Assembly (NCBI GenBank): GCA_047602405.1
Contig: JASGHJ010000002.1
Location: 2,944,001 to 3,008,000, forward strand
Origin: Anaeromyxobacteraceae bacterium
GTDB taxonomy: Bacteria; Myxococcota; Myxococcia; Myxococcales; Anaeromyxobacteraceae
DNA length: 64,000 nt
Reading direction: 5' to 3'
The stretch's first letter is position 1, and the number at the start of each line of letters is the position of its first letter. Under the pieces are notes generated by a model. It was given only the letters and a program-made list of their open reading frames with translations. It did not search any database and was not told the DNA's origin. This document shows positions 1 through 11,594 of the stretch, in pieces. The position numbers were made by a program, and so were the translations under genes.

Positions 1-282
1 ATGGAGCAGACGCTGATGGAGCAGACCGGGTACCCCGACTACCCGATGCACAAGGCCGCCCACCAGCGCTTCATCAAGACGTACCAGGACCTCCAGGCGT
101 CGTTCGGCGCGCAGGGCGCCACCGCCGACCTCACCCAGAAGCTCCGCGGGTGGATCGGCGACTGGCTCTGGGCGCACATCGGCCAGACCGACCGCAAGCT
201 CGCGGGCTTCCTCCAGCAGCGCGGGATCGTCGAGACCCCGGCGCTCCCGGAGCGGTCGCGCGGGCCGGTCGTGACGTTCTAG
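1..282 (+). CDS. Bacteriohemerythrin-like di-iron protein (probably 5'-truncated by window edge)
   Basis: EQxLMEQxGYPxYxxHKxAHxxF ... WLxxHIxxxD motifs typical of hemerythrin. Confidence 0.85.
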   Translation: MEQTLMEQTGYPDYPMHKAAHQRFIKTYQDLQASFGAQGATADLTQKLRGWIGDWLWAHIGQTDRKLAGFLQQRGIVETPALPERSRGPVVTF

Positions 283-327
283 GCGCGCGCCCGCGGCGAT
301 CGTGCCGCACCCGGAGATCGCGCCAGG

Positions 328-2990
328 GTGGTACGAAGCCTCGTGCACCGCCCGCTCTCCCTCGCCGCGATCCTGCTCGCCTCGGCGTGCGCTCGCGACC
401 CGGCGGCCCTCCCGGTCGGGCTCACCACCGAGGGCGAGGTGGCGCCGCTCTCGGTGGACGTCGCCGCGCCGCGGCTCGCCTGGCGCCTCGCGCCGGGCGG
501 CGCGGGCGCGCGCCAGACCGCGTACGCGCTCGACGTGCGGCGCGAGCCCGGCGGCGAGGCGATTCTGGTCGAGCGGCGCCGTCCGGAGCGACGCCACCCG
601 GGTCGCCTACGCGGGGCCTCCGCTCGCTCCGGGGACGGCGCACTCCTGGAGCGTCCGCGCGGCGGACGGCGCGGGGCGCTGGTCGAGCCCGAGCGCCCGG
701 GCGCGCTTCGAGACCGCCCCGGAGCCGGCCGGCTTCACCGCCCGGTGGAATCGGGCGGGACGAGCCCCGGCCCGGCCTCACCGTCCGGATCACGCCCTCC
801 CCGCTCCTCCGCAGGACCTTCACGCTCGCCGCGCCCGCCGCCCACGCGGTGCTGCGGATCTGCGGGCTCGGGCTCCACGAGGTCGCGATCGACGGCGCGC
901 GCGTGGGGGACGACGTGCTCGGCCCCGCGTTCACCGGGTACGACCGGCGCGTCGCCTACGACACGTACGACGTGACCTCGCTGCTCGGCGCCGGCGCGCA
1001 CGCGCTCGCGGTGCGGCTCGGGCGCGGGTTCTACGCGACCTCCGGCCTCGACGGCTACGGCTGGAACCAGGCGGCCTGGAACGCGCCGCACGCGCTCCTC
1101 GTCCAGCTCGACGTCACGCTCACGACCGGCGAGACGATCCGCGTCGTGAGCGACGGGAGCTGGCGCGTCGCCGACGGCCCCACGCGCAGCGACGGCGTGC
1201 GGACCGGCGAGCGGCACGACGCGCGGGAGGAGCCGGCGGGCTGGATGGATCCCGGCTTCGACGACGGCGGGTGGGCGCCCGCCGAGGAGGTGGCGGGACC
1301 GCGCGGCGCGCTCCGCGCGCGGATGGGCCCGGCGGTGCGCGTCGTCGAGACGCTCGCGCCGGTCGCCGTCACCTCGCCCGCGCCCGGCGTGCGGGTCTTC
1401 GATCTCGGCCGGGTGACGGCCGGCTGGGCGCGCGTCACGGTGCGAGGGCTCCGCGGCGAGGCCGTGACGCTGCGCTACGGCGAGAAGCTCGCCCCCGGCG
1501 GCGCGGTCGACGCCTCGGTGATGTACGCGGGTCCGCAGGAGGACACGTACGTCCTCGCGGGCGGCGGCGCCGAGGAGCGCTGGGAGCCGCGCTTCACCTG
1601 GCACGGGTTCCGCTACGTGGAGGTCCGCGGCGACCCCGAGGTCGTGGCGCTCGAGGGCCGCGTCGTCCACGCCGACGTCGCGCGCACCGGCGCGTTCGAG
1701 AGCTCGAGCCCGCTCCTCGACGCGATCTGGGCCGCGCAGCGGCGCACCGTCGAGCACAACCTGCAGTCGATCCCCACCGACTCGCCGCAGTACGAGAAGT
1801 CGGGGTGGGCGGCGGACGGCTGGCTGTGGGGGCGGTCGGCGCTGCTCTCCCTCGACGTGGAGCGGTTCCACGAGAAGTGGCTCGCCGACTGGCGCGACGC
1901 GCAGCGCGCCGACGGGGCGCTCGGCGTCATGGTGCCCTGGCCGGGCGCGGGCCCGTTCGCGCCGTACCTCGACGACCCGCTCTGGTCGGGCGTGCACGTG
2001 CTCCTCGCGTGGGACCTCTACCTGGAGCGCGGCGACCTCCGCGTGCTCGAGGAGAACCACGACCTCGCGCGGCGCTGGGTCGATCGCGCCGCGGCCCTCG
2101 TCGAGCCCACCGGCTCGCTCTGGACCGGCCACACCTACGGCGACTGGCTGAACCCCGGCGCCGGGTCGGACGACGCGCTCCTCGCGAGCGCGGCGCTGGC
2201 GCACGAGGCGCGCACCTTCGCCGCGAGCTGCCGCGCGCTCGGCAGGCCCGGGGAGGCGCCCGCGTACGACGCGCTCGCCGACCGGGTCGCGGCGGCGGTG
2301 AACGCGCGCTTCTTCGACCCGGCGCGGGGCGTCTACCAGGCGGAGGGCGCGCCGTACCGCCAGGCCTCGAACGCGGTCGCGGTCGCGTGGGGGATCGTGC
2401 CCGAGGGGCGCGCCCAGGCGGTGGTGGACGGGATCGCCGCCGACGTCGCCGCGCGGGGCGACCACCTCGCGACCGGCGCGTACGGGACGAAGGTGCTCCT
2501 CCCCGTGCTCACCGCGTACGGCCACGGCGACCTCGCCGTGCGGCTCGCGCTCCAGACCACCTACCCGAGCTGGGGTCACCTCGTCGGCGCGCTGGGCGCG
2601 GACACGCTCTGGGAGGGTTGGGGCGGCGACGAGCGCTCGCGCAATCACGCGTTCCTGGGCTCGGTCGTGGACTGGCTGGTCGCGGACCTCGCCGGGCTCG
2701 CGCCGCTCGAGCCCGGCTATCGCCGCCTGCGCGTCGCGCCGTTCGTGCCCTCCGCGGGGATCGACCGAGCCGCCGCCTCGCTCGAGACGCCCCACGGCCG
2801 CGCCGCCGTGCGGTGGCGGCGGGGCGCCGGGCTCGAGGTGGAGGTGCCGCCGAACACCCGCGCCGAGGTGCGGGTGCCCGCGGCGCTGCGGTCCGGCCCG
2901 TGCGACGCCGGCATGGACCTCCTGCGGCGGGAGGCGGACGCGGCGGTGTACGCGGCCGGCCCGGGCAGGCACGGGTGCGGGAGGATGTGA
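328..2990 (+). CDS. Alpha-L-rhamnosidase (GH78), exported/lipoprotein; two +1 frameshifts (~563, ~749)
   Basis: Signal ending LASAC; PRLAW..RQTAY; [shift] WSSG..FET..W [shift] IG..PLLRRTF; FDLG, FTWHGFRYVE, IPTDSPQYEKSGW, SRNHAFLG. Length 2663 nt = 3n+2. Confidence 0.85.
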
Positions 2991-2999
2991 GGGGAGCAG

Positions 3000-3192
3000 C
3001 TACTTCTTCCCCTCGCCTTCCCCGCCGCCCTTCCCCTCCCGCGGCTCCGGCACCCCCTCGTCCTCCTCGAGCATCCGGTACTTCGCGCCCTCGGGGTCCT
3101 CGTACTGCGCCGCTCTTCACCGTCCACATGAAGAACGCCCACGCCCCGAGGCCGAGGCCGAGCGACAGGAGGATGAGGCCGGCGAGGTTCAC
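3000..3192 (-). CDS. ccoS: cbb3 oxidase assembly protein CcoS/FixS; +1 frameshift ~3109
   Basis: LILLSLGLGLGAWAFFMWTVKSG then, after removing one base, QYEDPEGAKYRMLEED; last gene of cco operon; 193 nt = 3n+1. Confidence 0.8.
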
Positions 3193-3201
3193 GTCGAACT
3201 C

Positions 3202-5700
3202 CTACCGCAGCGCGCCCTTCAGGCGCGCCGAGTTGAGGACCACGATGACCGAGCTCGCCGCCATCGCGGCGGCGGCCACGATGGGGTGCAACAGGCCCAT
3301 CATCGCGAGCGGGATCGCGGTCACGTTGTAGGCGAACGCCCAGAACACGTTCTGGTGGATGACGCGCGTCGTCTTCCGGGAGAGCGTCACGAGCTCCCCG
3401 AGCAGCCGGAGGTCGTCGCGCACGAGCACGGCGTCCGCGCTCTCGAGCGTCACGTCGGTCCCGCGCCCCATCGCGACGCCCACGTCGGCCTGCGACAGCG
3501 CGGGCGCGTCGTTGATCCCGTCGCCCACGAAGAGCACCCGCCGCCGGCGCGCCTGGAGCCGCGCGACCACCTCGCGCTTGTCGACCGGCGTCGCCTCGGC
3601 GACCGCCTCGAGCCCGAGCCCGCTTGCGACCGCGGCGGTGGTCACCGGGTGGTCGCCGCTCACGATCCGCGCCGCGATCCCGGCCCCGCGCAGCGCCGCG
3701 ACGGCCGCGGGCGCCTCGTCGCGCACGACGTCCGCGACGGCGAGGAGCGCCTCGACCCGGCCCCCCCGCGCGAGGAACGCGACGGTGCGGCCCTCGGCCT
3801 CGAGCCCGCGCGCGGCCGCCTGCTCCGCGTCGCCCAGGGCGACGCCCCGCTCGGCGAGCAGCGCCCGGTTGCCGACGAGGACCGGCCGGCCGTCCACCTC
3901 GGCCTCGACGCCGCGGCCCGGGATGGCCGCGAAGCGGGCGACCTCGAGCGCCGGGCGGCCGGAATCGGCCCCACCTCCGGCCGGCCCCGCCGCGCGCGCG
4001 GCCGCGACGATCGCCCGCCCGAGGTGGTGCTCGCTGCGCGCCTCGACGGCGCCGGCGAGCGCGAGGGCCCCCTGCCCGCCGTCGCGCGCCGCCCCGCCCA
4101 CCGGCACCACCGCCACGAGCTCCGGCCTGCCGCGGGTGATCGTGCCCGTCTTGTCGAGGAGCGCGTCGGTGACCCTCCCCGCCCGCTCGAGCACGTCGCC
4201 CCCGCGGATGAGGATCCCGCGCGTCGTGGCGAGCCCGGTCGCGACGATGATGGCGACCGGCGTCGCGAGCCCGAGCGCGCACGGGCAGGCGATGACCACG
4301 ACCGCGATGCCGGTCATCACCGCCTGCTCCACCGGCGCGCCGCGCGCGAGCCAGACCGCGACCGTCCCCGCCGCGAGCACCAGCATCGCCGGCACGAAGA
4401 CCCCGACCACGCGGTCCGCCACCGCCTGGATGCGGGGCTTCTTGACCTGGGCCTCCTCGACCGCCCGCACGATGCCGGCGAGCACCGTGTCGTTGCCGGT
4501 GCGGGTCACCTCCACGTCGAGCGCGCCGTGGCCGTTCAGCGTCCCGCCGACCACCGCGGCGCCCGGGCGCTTCCCGACCGGCCGCGACTCGCCGGTCAGG
4601 AGCGACTCGTCCACCTCCGAGGCGCCCGCCCGCACGACCCCGTCCACCGGCACGCGCTCGCCGGGCACCACCCGCACGAGGTCGCCCGGCGCGAGCGAGG
4701 CGACCGCGACGGCGCGGACCACCTCGGCGCCGTCCACGCAGCGCTCCAGCCGGCGCGCCTCGCGCGGCGCGAGCGCCGAGAGCCGGGCCACCGCCTCGCT
4801 CGCCCGGCCCTTCGCGGCGGCCTCGATGTAGCGGCCCACGAGCACGAGCGTCGGGATCATCGTCGCGGTGTCGAAGTAGACCTCGCCCCCGCGCGCCATC
4901 TGCCAGAGGCTGTAGCCGAGCGCCGCCCAGGAGCCGATGACGACGAGCGCGTCCATCCCGAAGGACAGGTGCTTCAGGCCCGCCCAGGTCGCGCGGAGGA
5001 ACGGCGCGCCGGCGTAGAGCAGCACCGGCAGCGTGAGGCCGAGCGAGATCCACTCCATCAGCCGGCGCGTCGCCGCGTCGATGTCCTGGAAGTACCCGGC
5101 GTAGAGCGCCGCCTGGTAGATCATGAGCTGCGAGGCGAGGAACCCCGCCGTCCCGAGCCGCACGAGCAGGTCCCGCACCTCCGCCCGCCGCGCCTCCGCC
5201 TGCCCGCCCTCGCTCCAGGGCTTCGGCACGTACCCCGCGGCGCGGATCCGCCCCAGCACCACCTCGAGCGGCGCCGCGGCGGGATCGAACCGGATGCTCG
5301 CCTTGTGCGTCGCGTAGTTCACCCGCGCGTAGGAGACGCCGGGCGTCTTCTGCAGCATCCGCTCGTTCAGCCAGACGCAGGAGGCGCAGTGGATCCCGTC
5401 GATGTAGACGTCCACCTCGACCGTGTTCCCTGCCGCCATGCCCGCCTCGGCGCCGCCGCCGTGGCGCACGGCCTCCCGGATGGCGGCGAGGTCCGGCTCC
5501 GGCAGCGACGACACCGCCTGGCCGGGCCCCTCCCACCTCCGCGAGGCGTAGTAGCTCCCGAGCCCCTCGGCGTGGACCAGCTCGAAGACGCCGCGGCACC
5601 CCACGCAGCAGAACACGCGCTCCACGCCGCCGACGACCGCCCGCACCGCGTCGTGCGGCGGGACCGGCAACAGGCAGTGTGCGCACCCCGGCTCGCTCAC
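3202..5700 (-). CDS. ccoI: Cu-transporting P1B ATPase CcoI/FixI
   Basis: N-terminal CAHC/FCCxGC, GIHCASC metal domain, TGES, CPC, DKTGT, GDGIND; GTG start overlapping the restored upstream TGA. Confidence 0.9.
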   Translation of the reverse strand: MSEPGCAHCLLPVPPHDAVRAVVGGVERVFCCVGCRGVFELVHAEGLGSYYASRRWEGPGQAVSSLPEPDLAAIREAVRHGGGAEAGMAAGNTVEVDVYIDGIHCASCVWLNERMLQKTPGVSYARVNYATHKASIRFDPAAAPLEVVLGRIRAAGYVPKPWSEGGQAEARRAEVRDLLVRLGTAGFLASQLMIYQAALYAGYFQDIDAATRRLMEWISLGLTLPVLLYAGAPFLRATWAGLKHLSFGMDALVVIGSWAALGYSLWQMARGGEVYFDTATMIPTLVLVGRYIEAAAKGRASEAVARLSALAPREARRLERCVDGAEVVRAVAVASLAPGDLVRVVPGERVPVDGVVRAGASEVDESLLTGESRPVGKRPGAAVVGGTLNGHGALDVEVTRTGNDTVLAGIVRAVEEAQVKKPRIQAVADRVVGVFVPAMLVLAAGTVAVWLARGAPVEQAVMTGIAVVVIACPCALGLATPVAIIVATGLATTRGILIRGGDVLERAGRVTDALLDKTGTITRGRPELVAVVPVGGAARDGGQGALALAGAVEARSEHHLGRAIVAAARAAGPAGGGADSGRPALEVARFAAIPGRGVEAEVDGRPVLVGNRALLAERGVALGDAEQAAARGLEAEGRTVAFLARGGRVEALLAVADVVRDEAPAAVAALRGAGIAARIVSGDHPVTTAAVASGLGLEAVAEATPVDKREVVARLQARRRRVLFVGDGINDAPALSQADVGVAMGRGTDVTLESADAVLVRDDLRLLGELVTLSRKTTRVIHQNVFWAFAYNVTAIPLAMMGLLHPIVAAAAMAASSVIVVLNSARLKGALR

Positions 5701-6390
5701 CCGTGCAGCCCGCGCCAGACGAAGAGGCACGCCCATGGCCGCCACGAGGACGCCGCCGAGCCGGTACAGCACGCCCCGCGCCTTCACCGAGAGCCACGCC
5801 CCGGCCGCGCCCGCCGCGAGCAGGGCCGGGAGGGTCCCGAGCCCGAAGGCGAGCGACAGGGCGAGCCCCTCGCCGAGGCTGCCCGTGCCCGCGGCCCCGA
5901 GGAACGCGGTCCACGAGAGGCCGCACGGCAGGAACCCGAGCGCGAGGCCCGCCGGGTAGAGGCTCCCGGGCGCGGCGCCGAGCACCCCGCGCACCTTGCG
6001 CAGGAGCCGGCCCGAGGCCTCGGCCTCGAGCCGCCTCAGGAGCCCGGAGGCGCCGGACGCCCCGAGGCCGAGCAGGATCATGAAGATCCCGGCGACGACC
6101 GCGACCGCCTGCGAGAGGCCCGCGAGCCGGCCGGCGACGTTCACGAACGCGCCGGTCAGCCCGAGGATCCCGCCGAGCACGGTGTACGTGGTGATCCGCC
6201 CGGCGTGGTACGCGAGCTGGCCCCTCAGCGCGTGCGCCGCGGCGGCGCGCCCGCCGGCGGCCTGGCCCGCGGCGGCCGGGCTCCCCGCCGACAGCACCAT
6301 CGCGCCGACGAGCGGCCCGCACATGCCGATGCAGTGGCCGAAGCCACCGAGGAACCCGGTGGCGAGCGCCATCGCGACGGCGTCGGTCAC
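5697..6390 (-). CDS. TauE/SafE / DsbD_2-type membrane protein of cco operons; a +1 insertion ~5726 fuses it in-frame to ccoI
   Basis: [33 protein letters not shown] motifs; deleting one base gives ...[12 protein letters not shown] with GTGA overlap. Confidence 0.8.
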
Positions 6391-6403
6391 GCGACGGCCC
6401 CGC

Positions 6404-7246
6404 TCACTCGACCACCTCGAACGGGAACCGCGCGGTGCGCGTCGCCTCGAGCGGCGCAGCCTGGCCGGCCCCGGCCCGGCCGGGCAAGGTCACCTCCACG
6501 ATGGCCTCCCAGTCCTTCCGTCCGGACATGCAGCGGACCACCGTCGCCGCGCCCACGTAGCGCCCCGGCGCGTCCTCCCTCAGGACGACGACGTTCGGGC
6601 CCATCTCCATGCCGGGCATCGCGAGCGTCACCTTGACCGCGGCGCCCGCGACGGGCTTGCCGCCCGCGGCGAGGCGCGCGACGGCCGCGAGCGAGGCCAT
6701 GGCCTTCAGGGGCCGGGGCCCGAGCTCGAGCGTCAGCTCGGCGTCGCCGGCGGGCAGCGTGCAGGGGCCGGCGCCGAGGTCGCAGGCGTCGGCGGAGCGG
6801 ACGGCCTTCTCGATGCGCAGGCGGTCGGGCCCCTTCGAGACGTCGAACGTCACGAGCCACTCGCCCCGGCCGGACACGCCGGTGTCGGCCGCCCAGCGGC
6901 CCGGCCCGATCGCGACCGCCCTCGCGCGCTTCACGTCGCGCGAGGTGTCCGGGCGGGAGAGCGCGACCTCGACCTCGGCGCCGTCGAGGGGCCTCCCGGC
7001 GCCGTCGAGCACCGCGAAGGTGATGGTGCCCGCGCCCGCGGCGACCGCCCCACCCTCGACCTTCACGTCCCAGCGGAGCCGCTCGCGGGCGGCGCGGTCG
7101 GCGCCCTGGCGCAGCCCCTCCTCGTAGGGCTTCGCGACGACCGTCTCCTCGCGCACCTTCGAGCCGACCCACATCGTGAGGGCCACGGTGCCCAGCGCCC
7201 CCACGGTGGCCACCGCGACGACGACGTTGAGGGTCGGGTTCCGCAT
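6404..7246 (-). CDS. ccoH: FixH/CcoH-family protein with C-terminal YtkA-like domain
   Basis: N-terminal TM, V..PYEEGL, LSRPDT; C-terminal [15 protein letters not shown]; position in cco operon. Confidence 0.7.
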   Translation of the reverse strand: MRNPTLNVVVAVATVGALGTVALTMWVGSKVREETVVAKPYEEGLRQGADRAARERLRWDVKVEGGAVAAGAGTITFAVLDGAGRPLDGAEVEVALSRPDTSRDVKRARAVAIGPGRWAADTGVSGRGEWLVTFDVSKGPDRLRIEKAVRSADACDLGAGPCTLPAGDAELTLELGPRPLKAMASLAAVARLAAGGKPVAGAAVKVTLAMPGMEMGPNVVVLREDAPGRYVGAATVVRCMSGRKDWEAIVEVTLPGRAGAGQAAPLEATRTARFPFEVVE

Positions 7247-7259
7247 CGGGGCCGCTCCT

Positions 7260-8483
7260 TCAGTGCGCCCCGGGGGTCGTGATCGCGAGCGGGCGAGACC
7301 GGCGCTCCGGGGGGTGAGCGTCCGACCAGCGGGCCTCGGCGACGAGCTCGCCGTGCGCGAGGCCGGGCGCGAGTGTACGCGCCGTGGCGACCACGCGGAA
7401 CTGCCGCCGCTCGCCGGCCGCGAGGGAGAGCGTCGCCGGGTGGAGCTCGAGCGCCTCGCCGCCCGCGGCCATCGCGAGCGACACGTCCGCGGCGGCGCGG
7501 CCGCGGTTCTCGAGCGCCACCGAGTAGGCGGCGAGCACGCGCCCGTCCGCCGCGCGGCGGGTGCGGAAGGCGGCGTCGGCCATGGCGTCGACGGTGAGGA
7601 GCGGCCGGCGGGCGACGATCACCCCGAGCAGGAGGGCGAGGAGCACCGTCGCGCCGGCGAGCGCCGCCACCACGGGCCGGAGCGGGCGCGGCGGCTGGCC
7701 GAACTCGCCGTGCGCGTAGCCCACGAGGTCGGGGGCGCGCTTCAGCTTCGCCATGATGGGCTGGCAGGCGTCGATGCACTGCCCGCAGGCGATGCAGCCC
7801 ATCTGCAGGCCGTCCCGGATGTCGATGCCGGTCGGGCAGACCCGCACGCACGCGCGGCAGTCGACGCAGTCCGCGTCGCGTCGCCGGTCGTAGGCGACGA
7901 CGAGGGTGTGCCGGTCGAAGAGGACGCCCTGCAGCTTCGCGTACGGGCAGGCGGTGGCGCAGAAGTCCGCGCGCAGGAACGCGAGGTCGAGGAAGAGGAC
8001 GCCGGCGGTGACGAGCCAGCCCCACAGGGCGGGCGCCGGGAGCGTGCCGGCGAGGAGCCCCCGGAAGAAGTCGCCGGGGGGGACGAAGTACCAGACGACC
8101 GCGGCGCCCACCGCGAGCGAGACGAGCGCCGTGAGCGCGAACCCGGCGGGCCGGCGCCAGCGCCGAGGCAGCTTTCGCTGCTCGGGCTCGATCCAGCGGG
8201 TGACGTCGCCCAGCACCGTCTGCGGGCAGCCCCAGCCGCACCAGACGCGGCCGGCGAGCAAGGTGACCGCGAGGAACAGGAAGGTGAGGACCAGGGTGGC
8301 GAGCAGCACCACCCAGGCCTCTCCGAGCACGAACGACGCGCCGAACGCGTGGAGCCGGCCCGTCGGGACGTCGAGGCGGAGCGCGCTCTCCCCGCCGACG
8401 GTCACGAAGGGCAGCCCGAACCAGGCGGCGGCCTGGGCTGCCCCTGCGACGCGGCGCCAGCGGTGGAGCCTACCGGTCGTCAT
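7260..8483 (-). CDS. ccoG: CcoG/FixG 4Fe-4S membrane protein
   Basis: GRVWCGWGCPQT, FCxxxCPY, CVDCRACVRVCPTGIDIR, CIACGQCIDAC. Confidence 0.9.
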   Translation of the reverse strand: MTTGRLHRWRRVAGAAQAAAWFGLPFVTVGGESALRLDVPTGRLHAFGASFVLGEAWVVLLATLVLTFLFLAVTLLAGRVWCGWGCPQTVLGDVTRWIEPEQRKLPRRWRRPAGFALTALVSLAVGAAVVWYFVPPGDFFRGLLAGTLPAPALWGWLVTAGVLFLDLAFLRADFCATACPYAKLQGVLFDRHTLVVAYDRRRDADCVDCRACVRVCPTGIDIRDGLQMGCIACGQCIDACQPIMAKLKRAPDLVGYAHGEFGQPPRPLRPVVAALAGATVLLALLLGVIVARRPLLTVDAMADAAFRTRRAADGRVLAAYSVALENRGRAAADVSLAMAAGGEALELHPATLSLAAGERRQFRVVATARTLAPGLAHGELVAEARWSDAHPPERRSRPLAITTPGAH

Positions 8484-8613
8484 CCTCGAGCATCTTGTAC
8501 TTCGGCGCCTCGACCCGGTCCTTGCGGCGTCGCGAGTACGAGACGGCCGTGATGCCGACGAGGAGCACCACGAGCGTGATGCCGAAGACGAGGTAGGCGA
8601 CGTCCGGGGTCAT
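8470..8613 (-). CDS. ccoQ: cbb3 oxidase small subunit CcoQ-like
   Basis: 47-aa single-TM peptide ending RKDRVEAPKYKMLEDDDR, within the operon. Confidence 0.7.
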   Translation of the reverse strand: MTPDVAYLVFGITLVVLLVGITAVSYSRRRKDRVEAPKYKMLEDDDR

Positions 8614-8623
8614 GGCGCCGAGC

Positions 8624-8914
8624 CTAGACCTTCTTCTTCTTCGTCGCGAACATGACCCAGAGCCCGAGCGCGGCCAGGGACGGCAGGATCGTGAACGCGA
8701 GCGTGGCGACGAGGTTCGAGCCGAAGGCCGCGCCGCCGCCGTCGGCGTCCTGGGCCTGCGACCAGCCACCGAGCGCCGGCGAGTTGGTCCACAGGTAGTA
8801 GGGCATCCAGAGCACGAGGCCCCAGAACAGGATCGCCCAGCCCACCGGCACCTTGTGGGAGGTCTCCTTGGCCTCGAACTTCGAGAGATCGTCGTTCAGG
8901 TCGAGATCGGCCAT
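8624..8914 (-). CDS. Small membrane protein resembling the CcoP N-terminal region, no heme motif
   Basis: KVPVGWAILFWGLVLWMPYY resembles the CcoP N-terminal PxWW..LF..YY segment; no CxxCH. Confidence 0.55.
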   Translation of the reverse strand: MADLDLNDDLSKFEAKETSHKVPVGWAILFWGLVLWMPYYLWTNSPALGGWSQAQDADGGGAAFGSNLVATLAFTILPSLAALGLWVMFATKKKKV

Positions 8915-8917
8915 GGC

Positions 8918-9940
8918 CTACTCCTTCCCCGTTCCGTGGGTGGTGCCGCCGTGATCGGCTTCCTCGTGCCGCTTGTGCGCGCGCAGCCAGGTGACGAGCG
9001 CCCAGGCGTCGTCCTCGGCGAGCTCCGCGGCGGGCATGCCGCCGTCGGCGCGGCCGGGGCGGCCGAGCGCGGGCTTCGCGTCGCTGCCGAAGGTGATCAT
9101 GCCGACGTAGGCCGCGTCGGGCATGTCGCCGGCGACCTCGAGGAACCGGTCGTCGATGAGGCTCGGGGCGACGCCGTCGATGCCCTCGCCCTCCTCGCCG
9201 TGGCAGGCCGCGCAGCCGTTGTCCTCGAAGACCCGGCGGCCGCGCTTCGCGGCCTCGGCGTTGCCGGCGAGCGGGTTCGCCTCGGCGAGGTCGATGGAGG
9301 TGGGCTTCTTCGAGCGGTCGACCGCCTTGCCGAGCGAGACGACGTAGGCGACGAGCGCGTCGAGCTCGTTCCTGCCGCCCACCGCGGCGGGCGCGCCGGC
9401 GATGTCCTCGTCGGTGTACGGCACGCCGACGGTCCGGAGCGCGCGCATGTGCGCCTGGAGCTCGGCGGCGTCGATCGACTCCCGCTTCAGGAACGCGTAG
9501 GCCGGCATGTTGGAGCGCGGCACGAGCGCCTGCGGGTTCTCGAGGTGCTGGGCCTGCCAGTCCCTCGACGGCTTGATCCAGCCCTCGAACGCGAGGTCGG
9601 GGCCGGTGCGCTTCGAGCCCCACAGGAACGGGTGGTCGTAGGCGAACTCGCCGGCGAGCGAGTAGCGCGCGCCCGGGACCTCGGCGCGGCTGCCCTTGTA
9701 CCGGACGATCTCGGAGCGGAGCGGGCGGACCGTCTGCGTGTGGCAGGCGTTGCAGCTCTCGCGCTGGTACACGTCGCGCCCGGCGAGCTCGAGGGCGCCG
9801 AGCGGCTTCAGGCCCGGCACCTTCTGCTGCATGTCCTGCCGGAAGATCGGGTACGCCATCGTGACGATGGACCCGACGAGCACCGTCACCGCGACGAGGA
9901 CCGTGAAGAGGACCGGCTGCGAGTAGATCTTGTTGGCCAT
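8918..9940 (-). CDS. ccoO: cbb3 oxidase subunit II CcoO with an extra C-terminal cytochrome c domain
   Basis: GRDVYQRESCNACHTQTVRP, WGSKRTGPDL, SNMPAY; second CAACH..GGMP domain. Confidence 0.9.
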   Translation of the reverse strand: MANKIYSQPVLFTVLVAVTVLVGSIVTMAYPIFRQDMQQKVPGLKPLGALELAGRDVYQRESCNACHTQTVRPLRSEIVRYKGSRAEVPGARYSLAGEFAYDHPFLWGSKRTGPDLAFEGWIKPSRDWQAQHLENPQALVPRSNMPAYAFLKRESIDAAELQAHMRALRTVGVPYTDEDIAGAPAAVGGRNELDALVAYVVSLGKAVDRSKKPTSIDLAEANPLAGNAEAAKRGRRVFEDNGCAACHGEEGEGIDGVAPSLIDDRFLEVAGDMPDAAYVGMITFGSDAKPALGRPGRADGGMPAAELAEDDAWALVTWLRAHKRHEEADHGGTTHGTGKE

Positions 9941-9952
9941 GGTCGTCTCCCC

Positions 9953-11372
9953 CTACGCCGCCGAGGCCGCCGCGGGCGCCGCCGCCTCGAGGGCGCGGCC
10001 CTTACGGATGGTCATGATCACGTTGTAGACGAAGAAGAGCATGCCCACCGCGAAGATGACGCCGGCGAACGTGCGGGCCTGCCACATCGGGTAGTTGTCG
10101 ACGACCGTGTCGATGTAGTTCGGGTAGAGGAGCTTCCCGTTCGCGTCGGTCGCCTTCCACATCCAGCCCTGGCGGATGCCGGTGATCCACATCGTGATCG
10201 AGAAGAGGAGCTGGCCCACGAGCACCAGCCAGAAGTGCGTGTTCGCGATCTTCTCGGAGTAGATCTCGGTCCCGTAGATCCTCGGGATGACGTAGTAGAT
10301 CGAGGCCGTCGTCACCATCGTCACCCAGCCCATCGTGCCCATGTGGACGTGGCCGGGGACCCAGTCGGTGTAGTGGATGAGCTGGGAGACGACGCGGAAC
10401 GCCTGCGTCGGGCCCTGCACCGTCTGCAGGCCGTAGAAGGTGATGCCGAGGACGAAGAACTTGGTCAGGTAGTTCGACCGCATCTTCGACCAGTCCTGCC
10501 CCACCGTGTAGTAGCCGTTCACGACCGAGCCCCAGCTCGGCGCGATCAGGAAGATCGTGAAGATGATGCCGAGCGTCTGGAGCCAGTCCGGGATCGGCGT
10601 GTAGACGAGGTGGTGCGCGCCGGTCCACAGGTACGCGAACACGAGCGACCAGAAGGCGACGATGGAGAGGCGGTGGCTGAAGATGGGCAGCCCCGTCGAC
10701 TTCGGGAGGAAGTAGTAGAACATCGCCAGGATCGGCGTCGTGAAGACGAAGCCGACGGCGTTGTGGCCGTACCACCACTCGACGTTGGCGGAGTTCGCGC
10801 CCGCGAACAGGTGGTAGCTCTTCGTGAGGCCCGCCGGGATCGACAGGTTGTTCACGAGGTAGAGCACCGCGACGGCGACGACGGTCGCGAGCACGTACCA
10901 GAGCGCCACGTACATCTGCCTCTTCCTTGCGCTTGATGATGGTGCCGATCACGTTCACGGCGAACATCACCCACAGCACGACGATCGCGACGTCGAGCGG
11001 CCACTCCAGCTCGGCGTACTCGAGCGACTGGGTCTGGCCGGCGAGCAGCGAGACCGCGGCGAGCGCGATCCCGGCGTTGAAGAGCCAGAGCTGGAACCGG
11101 GCCAGCCTCGGGAAGAGCAGCGGCCGCTTCGTCAGCCGCATCACGATCCAGTAGCTGAGGCCGAAGATCGCGCCCACGCCGAGGCCGAACGCGAGGCCGT
11201 TCGTGTGGACGGTGCGGAGGCGCCCGTAGGTCAGGTACGGCGCGAAGTTGGCCTCGGGCGCCCAGAGCTGGACGGAGATCAGCAGGCCGAGGACGATGCC
11301 CACGACCCCCCAGAAGATCGCGGACAGGATGAACCCCTGGACCGTCTGGTGGTCGTACCTGTAATCGTTCAT
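9953..11372 (-). CDS. ccoN: cbb3 oxidase subunit I CcoN; +1 frameshift ~10919
   Basis: GRLRTVHTN, EYAELEW, WWYGHNAVGF, WTGAHHL, GHVHMG; 1420 nt = 3n+1 (472 aa when repaired). Confidence 0.92.
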
Positions 11373-11452
11373 GAGACGTTCCCCTCCCGGGTAGAAATCG
11401 AGGGGCAAGCTACACCTTCATGAGCCGGTCGAACAGCGGGGCGTTCGAGGCC

Positions 11453-11466
11453 TTGATCCCGGTCAA
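11453..11466. promoter_or_regulatory. FNR/CRP-family (anaerobox) binding site upstream of ccoN
   Basis: TTGATCCCGGTCAA, one mismatch to TTGAT-N4-ATCAA, about 80 nt upstream of the ccoN start. Confidence 0.75.
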
Positions 11467-11594
11467 GTCACCGACATTCCAGGGCGTTATGGAGCCTCGG
11501 CGCCTGCCCGGCGGTGCGGTCCCTTGCCGCACATCGCCCGTCCAGGGCCGCCCGGAGAGCCGATCCCGTTCGGGCCAAATCGCTCAGTTTCCGG

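Noticed and set aside
3202..6390. Apparent 1062-aa TauE-like/P-type ATPase fusion
   Set aside because: One-base deletion at GAAGAGGC (5721-5728) yields two normal genes with a GTGA overlap, the same signature as the ccoN frameshift; likely artefact
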